DNA of 64,000 nt from Elusimicrobiota bacterium. GTDB lineage: Bacteria; Elusimicrobiota; Elusimicrobia; UBA1565; JACRDR01. The translations under genes and the position numbers were made by a program. The notes below the pieces were generated by a model that saw only the letters and a program-made list of their open reading frames with translations, searched no databases and was not told the origin of the DNA. This document shows positions 9,499 to 19,550 of this stretch, piece after piece (the first letter of the stretch is position 1; each line of letters opens with the position of its first letter). The stretch is taken from assembly GCA_041694815.1 (NCBI GenBank), contig JBGFSC010000047.1:32001-96000 (forward strand). The letters run 5' to 3'.

Positions 9499-10252
9499 CG
9501 TTCTTGGGGATGAACAGGGGGCTACGGATGAGCCCCATGCGATGGAGCCGGTACTGCAGCATCACGCCCAGCGAGGAGAGCCCGTAGACCATGCTGCGCC
9601 GGAAATTGATCGAGGAGGCCTCGGGAAAATAGCGCGCGGCGACGGGGATGTCCCCGATGCGGAACTGCAGCGCCGCCGCCTGGTAGAGGAACTGCTGGTC
9701 GAAGACGAAATCGTCGGAATTTAGCTCCCAAGGGATGGTCTCGAGGACCTCGCGGGAATAGGCGCGCAAGCCGGAATGCCATTCTCCAAGGTTCTGCCCG
9801 GTCCAGGAATTCTCGAGCATCGTGAGCCCGCGGTTGGCCAGGTATTTCCACCACGGCATCCCGCCCATGAGCGCCTCGCGACGCGTGCGGATGCGGTTGC
9901 CCAGCACTACGTCGCAGACGTCGTTGGCGATGAGCCCCGTCATATGCGGTGTCAGGCGCGCGTCATATTGGTAGTCCGGATGGATCATCACGACAATGTC
10001 GGCGCCCCGGCGCAAGGCCTCCCGGTAGCAGGTCTTCTGGTTGCCGCCGTAGCCCTTGTTGCTCTCGTGCCGGATGGCCGTCAGCCCCAGGCGGCGCGCC
10101 AGCTCGAAAGTGCCATCCTTGGAGCAGTCGTCGACGAGGATGATCTCGGACACCGAGTCCTTGGGGATGTCGCGGACGGTCTTTTCGAGCGTCTGCTCCG
10201 CGTTGTAGGCGGGCATCACGACGATGGTGTTCACGAGTGCTGCGACCGACAT
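9491..10252 (-). CDS. GT2 glycosyltransferase (Dpm1-like polyprenol-phosphate glycosyltransferase)
   Basis: [30 protein letters not shown]. Start is either ATG 10252 (inside the MITE end) or GTG 10234. Confidence 0.9.
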   Translation of the reverse strand: MSVAALVNTIVVMPAYNAEQTLEKTVRDIPKDSVSEIILVDDCSKDGTFELARRLGLTAIRHESNKGYGGNQKTCYREALRRGADIVVMIHPDYQYDARLTPHMTGLIANDVCDVVLGNRIRTRREALMGGMPWWKYLANRGLTMLENSWTGQNLGEWHSGLRAYSREVLETIPWELNSDDFVFDQQFLYQAAALQFRIGDIPVAARYFPEASSINFRRSMVYGLSSLGVMLQYRLHRMGLIRSPLFIPKNGG

Positions 10253-10503
10253 ATAATGCCCGCTTTGGACGGGCGATTTTGAGGCGAGGCAAGGAGCGAG
10301 GAGCGCCACGTACCTGGAAGGTACGCAAGCGACGAGCGACGCAGCCGCAGCCCAAAAGCGACCGAATACCGGCCTGAGCCCATCTTTGGCCGGCCGCGTC
10401 GTTGCGCCTCGCTCACAGGCCTACAGGCCTGCTCGCTCGGCGCGCCTAGCGGCCGTCTCAAAGCTAGGCTCCCAAAGCGAGCATTATATGTCGGTCGCAG
10501 CAC
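10237..10503. mobile_element. MITE-like non-autonomous element, 267 bp, 32 bp terminal inverted repeats
   Basis: GTGCTGCGACCGACATATAATGCCCGCTTTGG (10237-10268) versus CCAAAGCGAGCATTATATGTCGGTCGCAGCAC (10472-10503), one mismatch. Internal hairpins at 10309-10325 and 10416-10431. No transposase. Confidence 0.75.
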
Positions 10504-10546
10504 AGTGCGAGTGTACATTATTTTATAGAATCAGGCGGCCCCCTCC

Positions 10547-11449
10547 ATGCCCCGAGACCTCGAATTCGTGCCCCCTGATAATTTGCTCGAGCATTTCCGC
10601 TCCTTCGGCAGGGGATTGGCCGTCACCCGCGGGGTCTACGAGCTGCGCAACCGGCACCAGGCCCAGGACCTGGCCTGGAACCACATGGACCAGATGCATC
10701 GCCCGCTGGTGCACAACACCTATCTGGAGGCCTCGCGCATCGCCCGCGGCAGGAATTTCGCCCTGTCATTGACGAAAATGACCCCCTTTTCTTTGCTCGT
10801 GCCGGTAATGGACGTGCAATTGGGCCCCGACTTATTCTACCAGTCCTTCACGCTGTTTAGCCTCGTGCACGTGCTCTGCCTCAACCGGATGGTTCCCGAG
10901 CCGGATGGGCGCTGCCTGCAGCGCACCGAGTGGTACATCACCTCGCATTGGCTGTTTAAGTTCCTGCACCCCCTCGTCCATCGCCGCTTCAGGAGGCTCG
11001 TCGAGTTCCAGAACGCCCAGGACATCCCGATCCGCGACCGGCGCCAGCAGCTGCGCGAGCGCGGCTATCGCTTCGGCAGCGACGACCCGGATTATCTGAG
11101 CTCCAACAGCCTGGAGCTGGCCGTGCGGCCGCCGCGGCTGGAGGGGACGCACCGCATCGACGTGAGCGCGGTCGGCGCGGCGCTGGAGCAGAAAATGGCG
11201 GGGCCGATCGAGCTCCTGATCCGGCGCTCGGGCGGGACCGTCGAGGTCTGGCCCGGGGTCTGCCCGCATGAGGGAGGGCCGCTGCTCTGCGGCAAGCTGG
11301 AGGCCGGCCGGATCGAATGCCCTTGGCATGGATTGAATTTTTCCGGGGTTTCGCTTACCCCCTCCAAGCCCGACGGCCGGCTCGGCGAGCTGGCACTGAC
11401 GCTCGAAGGCGAGTCGCTGCGCGTGCAGGCGGCATCATCAGCCGGGTGA
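10547..11449 (+). CDS. Rieske non-heme iron oxygenase-like protein with C-terminal Rieske domain
   Basis: N-terminal NHMDQMHRPLVH plus later NAQD (mononuclear Fe-type ligands). C-terminal CPH-x16-CPWH. Confidence 0.8.
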   Translation: MPRDLEFVPPDNLLEHFRSFGRGLAVTRGVYELRNRHQAQDLAWNHMDQMHRPLVHNTYLEASRIARGRNFALSLTKMTPFSLLVPVMDVQLGPDLFYQSFTLFSLVHVLCLNRMVPEPDGRCLQRTEWYITSHWLFKFLHPLVHRRFRRLVEFQNAQDIPIRDRRQQLRERGYRFGSDDPDYLSSNSLELAVRPPRLEGTHRIDVSAVGAALEQKMAGPIELLIRRSGGTVEVWPGVCPHEGGPLLCGKLEAGRIECPWHGLNFSGVSLTPSKPDGRLGELALTLEGESLRVQAASSAG

Positions 11450-11482
11450 CGCCGGCCAAAGGCATTTGCTAACATTTTAGTA

Positions 11483-12373
11483 GTGAGCGCGCTGGAAATT
11501 AGCGCCATCGTCCCGGCCTACAATGAGCAGGGCGCTGTCGGCCCGGTCGTCTCCGGCCTCTCGGAGCTGTTGCGCAAGCATGCCGCGCGCTTCGAGATCA
11601 TCGCCGTCGACGACGGCTCCACCGACTCCACCGCCGAGGCCGCCGAGAAGGCCGGGGCCGTCGTCCTCCGCCATCCCGTCAACCGCGGCTACGGCCGATC
11701 GCTTCTGACCGGCATCGAAAAAGCCCGCTATGAGTGGATACTCATCATCGACGGGGACGGCAGCTACCCCCCCGAGGAGGCCGAGCGCCTGCTCCCCAAG
11801 GCCCCGGCCTGCGACCTTATCATCGGCAAGCGGGAAGGAAAGTTCTTTTGGGGGAACCCCCTTCAGGCCTTCATGCGCTGGTGCTACCTCGCGATGGCGG
11901 GCTTCGTCACGGGCGAGAGCATCCCGGACGCCAATTCGGGGATGCGGCTCTTTCGAAAAAGCTCCTTGGACCGTTCCATGCCCTTCGTCTGCCTCGGCTA
12001 CTCCTTTACCACCACCATGACGCTCTCCTTCATCGCCGCCGGACGCTTCGTCGCCTATGTTCCCATCCGCTTCGTCGAGCGCCGCGGCCACTCGAAGGTC
12101 AAGCCCCCGCGCGACATCCTACGCACGCTGCAGATCATGACGCAGATGCTGCTCTACTACAACCCACTGAAGCTGGCCGTCAGCCTGTCGGCCGGCTCGG
12201 CGGTGGCTGCGCTCGCCATCTTCCTCTTCCTCAGCCCGCGCTGGGGCATCCATTCCGCCTTCTTTGCCGCCTGCGTGCCGGCCTCCCTCGCCGTGCTGAT
12301 CTTTTTGGCCGGCTGCCTGATGGATGCCGTGCGCATGCATTTTCAGGCGCGCAACGGCGGCTACAAGATTTGA
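11483..12373 (+). CDS. GT2 glycosyltransferase with C-terminal TM hairpin
   Basis: IVPAYNE, VDDGSTD, NRGYG, DGDGSY; two C-terminal TM helices. Confidence 0.9.
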   Translation: MSALEISAIVPAYNEQGAVGPVVSGLSELLRKHAARFEIIAVDDGSTDSTAEAAEKAGAVVLRHPVNRGYGRSLLTGIEKARYEWILIIDGDGSYPPEEAERLLPKAPACDLIIGKREGKFFWGNPLQAFMRWCYLAMAGFVTGESIPDANSGMRLFRKSSLDRSMPFVCLGYSFTTTMTLSFIAAGRFVAYVPIRFVERRGHSKVKPPRDILRTLQIMTQMLLYYNPLKLAVSLSAGSAVAALAIFLFLSPRWGIHSAFFAACVPASLAVLIFLAGCLMDAVRMHFQARNGGYKI

Positions 12374-14145
12374 TGCACTGGCCGTTCTACTTACTTGCCT
12401 TGGCGATAGCGGCCTTCTCCCTTTTCCTTTCGCCGGAAACGCTGGCCCGACAGTTCAGCCAGGACTCAAGCCTCGCCGGCTATGTCGTCTTCCGGCTGGG
12501 TGTCGCCCGCGCGCTCGGGGGACTGCTCGCCGTCTTACTGGCCGCTTGGGGATCGCTCGACGCGCAGCGTCGGGTTCTCTGGCGGGCCCGCTGGGCGAGC
12601 TGGAGCCGGCACCCCGCGCTGGCCGCGCCGATACTCGCGGCCGCCGCGGCGCTGCTTTGGACCGAAAACCATATTTTCGAGTCGGAAAGCTGCGCGGAGG
12701 GATTTCTGACCGTCGGGGCGTGGCGCATGGCCGCCGGAGATTTTCCCTACCGCGACTTCTTCGTGTTCATCCCGCCGGCCGGGCTCGCCTATCTCGGGGC
12801 CGCCTTCAAGCTGTTCGGGCCGTCGCTGGAGGTGGGCCGCCTCTTCGTCAACCTGATCCCCAAGCTCCTGATCGTGATCGTGCTCTGGCGGCTGGCCAAG
12901 CCGTATTTCTCGCCCTTGACGGCCCTGCTCCTGGGCTGCTTCAGCCTGATGTACACCAGCGGCAACGGCGACAACGCCCAGATCTACAACGGAGCCCTCT
13001 CGATGCTCCCCGCCTTCGCGACGCTGCCCCTGCTCGACCGGTTCGCCCGAAGCGGGAACGCGGCGCTCCTGCGCTGGGCCGGCGCGGCGGCGGCGGCAGC
13101 CGCGCTCGTGCGACAGGATTTCGGGGCCTTGGCCCTCGGCGCGAACCTCTCCTTCCTGCTGTGGCTTCCCGACGGCCGCAAGATCCGGCCACTGGCGAAT
13201 TACCTGCTCCCGTGGGCCGGGGTCCTGGCCGCGGCCGGCCTGATCCTGCTCCTCACGGTTCCCTTCGACCGGCTCTACGAATGCTTCGTCCGCGCGCCGT
13301 ACGAGTACATGCATTACAGCGGGATCGGGCGCCCCGCCTCCTTCCACGGGATTTATCTCATCCCTTTCGCCGGCGTGGATCTCAAGGCCATCTCCTGGAA
13401 GGCGCTCGCCGCCAACGCCTGGATCTACCAGTCGAAGCTGCTGCTCTGCTACATCGCGATACTAGGCGGATCGTGGTTTTTGCTCCGCCGGAAGGACGAG
13501 GCGCGGCGGCCCTCGGTGGCCCTGCTGGCGCTTTGGTGCATCTTCTTCATGGGCATCGTCTATAAGCAGAGCTCCAATATCTACATCGGGGTGGCCCCCG
13601 CCGCCGTCATTCTGGCGGCGCTGCTCATCCGCCGCCCCTTGCCGGCCCTGCTTTTGGCCGCCCACGGCCTGACCCTTCTCTTCTTCCGGCCCTTCTCGGC
13701 GCCGGAGGGCTCGGTCTGGGCCGAGCTGGCCGTGGGTCGCTTCCGCTTCCCCGACCCGCTGGAGGGCCGAGAGATGATACGGCTCATCACACATGCCCAA
13801 TCCATCGTACAGCCCTCCGAGCCCGTCTACATCCACAACAAGGAGCGCATGTGCAGCGACACGCTGCTCTACTTCCTCGTTTCCCGCCGCCCGGCCACCC
13901 GCTACCACGAGTTCCTTAACGCCTACGCCCGCAAGCCCGAGATCCGCTCGCAGATCGAGGCCGAGCTCGAGAGCCGGCGTGCGCCGGCGGTCATCGAGCG
14001 GCTGCTCCCGCCGGACCTGTCGGAGACGCCGGGGGTAAGCATCGCGCAGGCGAAACAGCGCGACTCCTTGGACCAATACATCCTAGACCATTACCGCAGC
14101 GTCGGACGCTATGGCTCCTATATCCTATGGCAAAGACGGCGCTGA
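12373..14145 (+). CDS. GT-C-like multipass membrane protein
   Basis: EGF..AWRMAAGDFPYRDFF, RQDFG, many TM segments, LLYFLVSRRPATRY. TGATG coupling sets the start. Confidence 0.7.
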   Translation: MHWPFYLLALAIAAFSLFLSPETLARQFSQDSSLAGYVVFRLGVARALGGLLAVLLAAWGSLDAQRRVLWRARWASWSRHPALAAPILAAAAALLWTENHIFESESCAEGFLTVGAWRMAAGDFPYRDFFVFIPPAGLAYLGAAFKLFGPSLEVGRLFVNLIPKLLIVIVLWRLAKPYFSPLTALLLGCFSLMYTSGNGDNAQIYNGALSMLPAFATLPLLDRFARSGNAALLRWAGAAAAAAALVRQDFGALALGANLSFLLWLPDGRKIRPLANYLLPWAGVLAAAGLILLLTVPFDRLYECFVRAPYEYMHYSGIGRPASFHGIYLIPFAGVDLKAISWKALAANAWIYQSKLLLCYIAILGGSWFLLRRKDEARRPSVALLALWCIFFMGIVYKQSSNIYIGVAPAAVILAALLIRRPLPALLLAAHGLTLLFFRPFSAPEGSVWAELAVGRFRFPDPLEGREMIRLITHAQSIVQPSEPVYIHNKERMCSDTLLYFLVSRRPATRYHEFLNAYARKPEIRSQIEAELESRRAPAVIERLLPPDLSETPGVSIAQAKQRDSLDQYILDHYRSVGRYGSYILWQRRR

Positions 14146-15149
14146 AGCTCCGCTCGTATTTCTCCGGAAAACGCACGCTCGTTACCGGCGGCACCGGCAT
14201 GATCGGCCGCGCCCTCGTGGCACGGCTCGTCGATGCCGGCGCCAAGGTGCGCATCGCCTCGCTCGACGATCCCTCGCGGGCGCATCCCAAGGCCGAATTC
14301 CTCAAGGCGGACCTGACCCGCTTCGAGGAGTGCCGCCGGGCCTGCAAAGGTATCGAGCTGGTCTTCCATCTGGCCGGCGTCAAAGGCTCGCCCTTAATGA
14401 CCTCTAAGAAACCGGCGAGCTTCTTCGTGCCCACCATCTCCTTCAACACGAACATGATGGAGGCAGCGCGGCAATGCGGCGCCGCTAAATACCTCTACAC
14501 GAGCTCGATCGGGGTCTACGCGCCCGCGCCCGTCTTTCGGGAAGACGACGTCTGGAAGACCTTTCCCTCCGACAACGACAAGTTCGCCGGCTGGGCCAAG
14601 CGCATGGGCGAGCTTCAGGCTGATGCCTACCGGATCGAATATGGCTGGCAGGGGGTCGAGATCGTCCGGCCCGCCAATGTCTACGGCCCCTACGACAATT
14701 TCGACCCGGACAACGCGATGGTGATTCCGTCCTTGATCCGCCGCGCGCTCGATGGCGAGGATCCCCTAACGGTCTGGGGGGACGGCTCGACGGTGCGCGA
14801 CTTCATCCATGCCGAGGACGTCGCCCGCGGCATGATGCTGGTGATGGAGAAAGGGCTAGGCAAACCCGTCAATCTCGGCAGCGGCGAGGGCGTGAGCATC
14901 CGGCGCCTGGTGGAGATCATCGTCTCGCGGCTCAAGCGGAAGCCGCGCGTGGTCTGGGACAGCTCCCGGCCCGCCGGCGACCGCACGCGGCTCATGGACA
15001 TCTCGCGCGCCAAGGCCCTGGGGTTTGAGCCGCGCGTGCCCATAGAGGAGGGCGTCGCGCAGGTCATGGACTGGTACGCCGGCAACCGCAAGGCGGCGCT
15101 CAAGCGCTATAACGTCTTCACGGAGAAGTCGCCCATCCCCGAACATTGA
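14127..15149 (+). CDS. NAD-dependent epimerase/reductase (GDP-sugar epimerase-reductase-like SDR)
   Basis: TGGTGMIG, TSSIGVY, AGWAKR (usual Tyr replaced), NVYGPYDNF, VWGDGS.RDF. Confidence 0.85.
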   Translation: MAKTALKLRSYFSGKRTLVTGGTGMIGRALVARLVDAGAKVRIASLDDPSRAHPKAEFLKADLTRFEECRRACKGIELVFHLAGVKGSPLMTSKKPASFFVPTISFNTNMMEAARQCGAAKYLYTSSIGVYAPAPVFREDDVWKTFPSDNDKFAGWAKRMGELQADAYRIEYGWQGVEIVRPANVYGPYDNFDPDNAMVIPSLIRRALDGEDPLTVWGDGSTVRDFIHAEDVARGMMLVMEKGLGKPVNLGSGEGVSIRRLVEIIVSRLKRKPRVVWDSSRPAGDRTRLMDISRAKALGFEPRVPIEEGVAQVMDWYAGNRKAALKRYNVFTEKSPIPEH

Positions 15150-15907
15150 TGCGACTGCTCGTGACCGGCGCCGGCGGCGGGCTGGGCCGTTTTCTATTCG
15201 AGCGCCTGGGCGGCCTGGGGCTGACCCGGCAAAACGCCGCCTCCCTGCTGCCGCGGCTTAGGCGTTCGGGGGTCGGCACCATCCTCCACTGCGCGGCAAG
15301 CCCCGCGCGGCAGGCTCGGGCCAAGCCCTTGCGCGAGTTCTTGGATGACAACCTTTTCCTGACCCGGCGCCTGCTCGAGCTGCCTCATCGCAAATTCGTC
15401 TATATCTCGACGGTGGACGTCTACCCCAAGAGCGGCTCCAGGCACGCGGAGTCGGATCCGATACGCCCCGACAAGGTCGAGGGGCTCTATGCCATGACGA
15501 AATGGCTTTCGGAACGGCTGGTCCAAGACCGCGGCCGCGGCCCGCTCATCCTGCGCCCAAGCTCGCTGTTAGGCGAGCACGCGCGGCCGAACAGCCTTTC
15601 GCGCCTGCTCGATGGCGGGCTCGTCCGCCTAAGCGCCTCTGGCGATTCGCGCTTCAACTGCGTTCGACACGAGGACCTGCTCGAATTCCTGCGCATCGCG
15701 CTGCGCCGGGACCTCAGGGGGATATACAATCTGGCCTCCTCCTCGGATATTACGCTTCTCCGGACGGCTCGAAGCCTCGGCGCCAAGGCCATTTTCGGAC
15801 GCCATCGTTATCGGGTCCCCCGAGTCGACAACCGCAAGGCCGCCGCGCTATGGCCGGCCTTCCAACTCGGCTCGCTCGAGACCCTGCGCCGGAGCAAAAA
15901 AGTATAA
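15149..15907 (+). CDS. Short NAD-dependent epimerase/dehydratase (SDR)
   Basis: TGAGGGLG, ISTVDVY, YAMTK. Confidence 0.75.
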   Translation: MRLLVTGAGGGLGRFLFERLGGLGLTRQNAASLLPRLRRSGVGTILHCAASPARQARAKPLREFLDDNLFLTRRLLELPHRKFVYISTVDVYPKSGSRHAESDPIRPDKVEGLYAMTKWLSERLVQDRGRGPLILRPSSLLGEHARPNSLSRLLDGGLVRLSASGDSRFNCVRHEDLLEFLRIALRRDLRGIYNLASSSDITLLRTARSLGAKAIFGRHRYRVPRVDNRKAAALWPAFQLGSLETLRRSKKV

Positions 15908-15917
15908 TGAAAACGTC

Positions 15918-16583
15918 ATGAAAACGACATTGCTCATGCCGATTTTAAACGAGATCCACGGCATGAGGGCGGTGATGCCGCGCGTGCGCCGGGAATGGGT
16001 CGACGAGATGCTCGTCATCGACGGCGGCTCCACCGACGGCAGCCTCGAATACGCCCAAGAGCTCGGCTGCCGCGTGCTGCGCCAGAAGACCCCGGGCATC
16101 ACCTACGCCTACCAGGAGGGTGTGGCCGCGGCGTCGGGGGAGGTGATCGTGGCCTTCTCCCCGGACGGAAACTCGGTTCCCGAGCGTATCCCGGAGCTGC
16201 TCGCCAAGATGCGCGAGGGCTACGACATGGTGATCGTCTCGCGCTACTTGGACGGCGCCAAGAGCGAGGACGATGACTGTGTCACCGCCATTGGCAACCG
16301 GATATTCACGGCCGCCATCAATTGGACCTTCGGAGGCCGCTACACCGATTGCTTGGTGATGTTCCGCGCCTTCCGCAAGGACGCGGTGGGCGATTTCCCC
16401 TCCGGCATTCCCCGGGCGGGACTAGAGCCATTGCTGGCGATCCGCTGCGCTAAGGCCAAGAGGCGGGTCGCCGAAATACCAGGCGACGAACCCAAGCGCA
16501 TCGGCGGGCAGCGGAAGATGAGCCCCGTGCTCAACGGCATCGACATCATCCGCCTCATCGCGCGGGAGTATTTTTCGAGATGA
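15918..16583 (+). CDS. GT2 glycosyltransferase (Dpm1-like)
   Basis: PILNE, DGGSTD, SPDGNS, SRY, EPKRIGG. Confidence 0.85.
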   Translation: MKTTLLMPILNEIHGMRAVMPRVRREWVDEMLVIDGGSTDGSLEYAQELGCRVLRQKTPGITYAYQEGVAAASGEVIVAFSPDGNSVPERIPELLAKMREGYDMVIVSRYLDGAKSEDDDCVTAIGNRIFTAAINWTFGGRYTDCLVMFRAFRKDAVGDFPSGIPRAGLEPLLAIRCAKAKRRVAEIPGDEPKRIGGQRKMSPVLNGIDIIRLIAREYFSR

Positions 16584-17548
16584 GCTCTAAACCCTGGCTG
16601 CTCATCACGGGCGCCGCCGGCTTCATCGGCAGGAATCTCCTGGAGCGCTTCGCCAAGAACCCAGCCTACTCGGTCGCGGCCGTCTGGCATCAGTCGCCGC
16701 GGCCCCGGGAGCTCATCGGCGACCCCCGAATACGCTGGATACGCGCCGACCTGACGCAGCCGGCGCAGGTACGCGATGCCGTCTCGGGCGCGGACATCGT
16801 GCTGCACGCCGCCGCCACTACCTCGGGCTCCAAGGATATCGTCGAGCGGCCCAGCCGGCACGTCACCGACAACGCCGTGATGAACTCCCTGTTGTTTCGG
16901 GCTTGCCACGAGCAGAAGGTCAAGCACGCGGTGTTCTTTAGCTGCAGCGTCATGTACTCCCCGCAGGACAAGCCGGTACGCGAGAGCGATTTCCGCTACG
17001 AGATCACCGCGCCTTATTTCGGCGTCGGCTGGACGAAGGTGTACTCGGAGAAGATGTGCGAGTTCTATTCCAGGCTCGGCACGACGCGCTTTACGGCGAT
17101 CCGGCATTCGAATATCTACGGCCCTCACGATAAATACGACTTGGAGAAGTCCCATGTCTTCGGCGCCACGCTCGCCAAGGTGATGTCGGCCGAGCGCGAA
17201 ATCGTCGTGTGGGGAGAAGGGACGGAGGAGCGCGACCTGCTGCATGTCGACGACCTGGCCGACTTCGTTGAGAAACTCGTCACCCTCCAGAAGGAGCCCT
17301 TCGAGCTCATCAATGTGGGTTCGGGCCGCTCTGTCGCCGTTCGCGACCTAGCCGCCAAGATCATCGAGCTCTCGGGACGCAAGCTCGAGATGCGCTTCGA
17401 CCGCTCCAAGCCGAGCATTCCCTTCAAGCTGGCCTTGGATTCGGGGCGCGCCAAGAAGGTCTACGGCTGGTCACCGTCGGTGTCCCTAGAGGAGGGCATT
17501 CGCCGCAGCCTCCAGTGGTACCGGGAGCATGTGGGGGCCGCCGCATGA
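16580..17548 (+). CDS. NAD-dependent epimerase/reductase (GDP-L-fucose synthase-like SDR)
   Basis: TGAAGFIG, SCSVMY, VGWTK, NIYGPHD, SHV, VWGEG.EERD. Confidence 0.85.
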   Translation: MSSKPWLLITGAAGFIGRNLLERFAKNPAYSVAAVWHQSPRPRELIGDPRIRWIRADLTQPAQVRDAVSGADIVLHAAATTSGSKDIVERPSRHVTDNAVMNSLLFRACHEQKVKHAVFFSCSVMYSPQDKPVRESDFRYEITAPYFGVGWTKVYSEKMCEFYSRLGTTRFTAIRHSNIYGPHDKYDLEKSHVFGATLAKVMSAEREIVVWGEGTEERDLLHVDDLADFVEKLVTLQKEPFELINVGSGRSVAVRDLAAKIIELSGRKLEMRFDRSKPSIPFKLALDSGRAKKVYGWSPSVSLEEGIRRSLQWYREHVGAAA

Positions 17549-18522
17549 GCGCCAAGGCCGACCGCGAGCTGCTCGGCAAGCTCTACCGGCTCATGCTCGG
17601 CATACGGCTCGCCGAGGAAAAGATCGTCGAGCTCTACCCCACCGACAAGATCCAGAGCCCGATACACCTGTCCATCGGCCAGGAGGCGGTCTCGGCAGGC
17701 CTCGCCTTGGCGATGGGCGAGGCGGACAGGCTCTACGGGACCTACCGGGGCCACGGCCCCTATATCGCGCTCGGGGGCGATCTCAAGAAGCTGTTCGCGG
17801 AGCTCTACGGCAAGGACACGGGCTGCGCCCGCGGCAAGGGAGGCTCCATGCACCTGGTAGCTCCCGAGGCTGGGCTCATGGGCTGCTCGGCCATCGTCGC
17901 GAGCACCATCCCCATCGCCACCGGCCACGCCCTGGCCTCCCAGATGCGCGGCCGGCGCTACGCGGTGCTCTCCCTCTTCGGCGACGGCGGCGTCGACGAA
18001 GGCGTATTCTTCGAGAGCGTCAACTTCGCCGTGCTCAAGAACCTCCCCATTGTCTACGTGCTCGAGAACAACCGCTACGCGATCCATTCGACGGTTCCGG
18101 ACCGGCACAAGCAGACCGAGCTTTTCCGCATCGCCGAGGGGCTGGGGCTTCGGGGAGAGCGCTTCGACGGCAACGACGCCTCGAATGTCTACGCCACGGC
18201 CAAGCGGGCGATCGACGCGGTGCGCGCGGGCTCGGTCCCGGCGCTGCTCGAGTACACGACCTACCGCTGGAGGGAGCATGTGGGCTCGCAGGAGGACTAT
18301 GCGGCCGCCTACCGCGCCCCCGGCGAACGCGAGGAGGCGCTGGCCCACGACCCGCTCCAGATAACCCGGAAGGCCTTGATCGAGGCGGGCGCCAGCCCGG
18401 TAGAGCTCGACGGGTGGCGCTCGCAGGTTCTCCAAGAAGTCGAGGAGGCCGTGCGCTTCGCCGAGCAAAGCCCCAGCCCCGCGCCCGGCCGACTTCTGGC
18501 CGACGTGTACGCCTCCCGATGA
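17545..18522 (+). CDS. ThDP-dependent E1 alpha-like subunit
   Basis: HLSIGQEA, YRGH, GKGGSMH, GDG...ENNRY ThDP motif, TYRWREH. Confidence 0.92.
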   Translation: MSAKADRELLGKLYRLMLGIRLAEEKIVELYPTDKIQSPIHLSIGQEAVSAGLALAMGEADRLYGTYRGHGPYIALGGDLKKLFAELYGKDTGCARGKGGSMHLVAPEAGLMGCSAIVASTIPIATGHALASQMRGRRYAVLSLFGDGGVDEGVFFESVNFAVLKNLPIVYVLENNRYAIHSTVPDRHKQTELFRIAEGLGLRGERFDGNDASNVYATAKRAIDAVRAGSVPALLEYTTYRWREHVGSQEDYAAAYRAPGEREEALAHDPLQITRKALIEAGASPVELDGWRSQVLQEVEEAVRFAEQSPSPAPGRLLADVYASR

Positions 18523-19550
18523 AAACCCTCAACTACGGCCAGGCCATCCACCGCGCGCTTGAGTTCGCCATGGAGAAGGACCCTTCCGTCTTCGTCATGG
18601 GCATCGGCGTCGACGATCACAAGGCCGTCTTCGGCACCACCAAGGGCCTGCTCGAGAAATTCGGCAGGGAACGCGTATTCGACACGCCGATCTCCGAGGG
18701 GGCCATGACCGGCGTCGCCGTCGGGGCGGCCCTAGGCGGCATGCGCCCGGTGCATATCCACATCCGCTCGGATTTCCTATACCTGGCCATGGACCAATTG
18801 CTCAATATGGCCGCCAAGTGGCGCTCGATGTTCGGAGGTGCCGCGAGCGTGCCGATCGTCGTGCGCGCCGTCATCGGGCGGAGCTGGGGCCAGGGGGCGC
18901 AGCACTCGCAGAGCCTGCAGTCGCTCATCGCGCATGTGCCAGGGATCAAGGTCGGCATGCCCACGACGCCGGCCGACGCACAACAGATGCTGCTGGCGGC
19001 CATCGCCGACCCCAACCCCGTCGTGCTCTTCGAGCATCGACTGCTCTACGACATCGTCGGCGAATTGCCCGAGCCGGATTGGGCGGTGGAATTTAAGCGC
19101 GCCGTCGTCCGCCGCCCGGGCAAGGACCTCACCATCGTCGCCAACTCCTACATGGCCGTGGAGGCTCTCAAGGCCGCGGAGTTCCTCCAGGAGCACGGCA
19201 TCGAGGCCGAAATCGTCGACCCGGTCACCGTGGTGCCGCTGGATGAGGCCGTTATCCTCGGCTCGATCCGCAAGACGGGGCGGCTCATCGTCATCGACAC
19301 TAGCTGGACCTTCTGTGGCGTGAGCGCGGAGATTGCCGCCCTAGCCGCCGAAAAAGCCTTCTCGAGCTTGAAGCAGCCGGTTTTAAGGCTCGGCATGCAG
19401 CCAACCCCTTGCCCGGTGAGCAAGCCGCTCGAGAACCTCTTCTACCCCAACGCCGGCACCATCGCCGACGCCGCCTTCAAGATGATGGAGCGCCGCTCGC
19501 CCGAGCTGCGCGCCCCGGTTCTGACCCACGCCTTCAAGGGGCCGTTCTGA
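18519..19550 (+). CDS. ThDP-dependent E1 beta-like subunit
   Basis: FDTPISE, GMRPV, GAQHSQS, NPVVLFEH, KTGRL. ATGA overlap sets the start. Confidence 0.92.
   Translation: MKTLNYGQAIHRALEFAMEKDPSVFVMGIGVDDHKAVFGTTKGLLEKFGRERVFDTPISEGAMTGVAVGAALGGMRPVHIHIRSDFLYLAMDQLLNMAAKWRSMFGGAASVPIVVRAVIGRSWGQGAQHSQSLQSLIAHVPGIKVGMPTTPADAQQMLLAAIADPNPVVLFEHRLLYDIVGELPEPDWAVEFKRAVVRRPGKDLTIVANSYMAVEALKAAEFLQEHGIEAEIVDPVTVVPLDEAVILGSIRKTGRLIVIDTSWTFCGVSAEIAALAAEKAFSSLKQPVLRLGMQPTPCPVSKPLENLFYPNAGTIADAAFKMMERRSPELRAPVLTHAFKGPF

Noticed and set aside
10231..10518. Short ORFs spanning the MITE-like element
   Set aside because: Their shared HYMSVAA peptide only reflects the terminal inverted repeats; no transposase motifs.
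11734..12372. N-terminal extension of the 803 aa ORF
   Set aside because: Overlaps the GT2 in another frame. TGATG coupling gives the start at 12373. The same logic was used to trim ORFs at 23923, 30282, 42289, 55756, 57804 and 61075.
17529..19550. Apparent 673 aa fused E1 protein
   Set aside because: The first 330 codons are an off-frame read of E1 alpha. The real beta subunit starts at ATG 18519.
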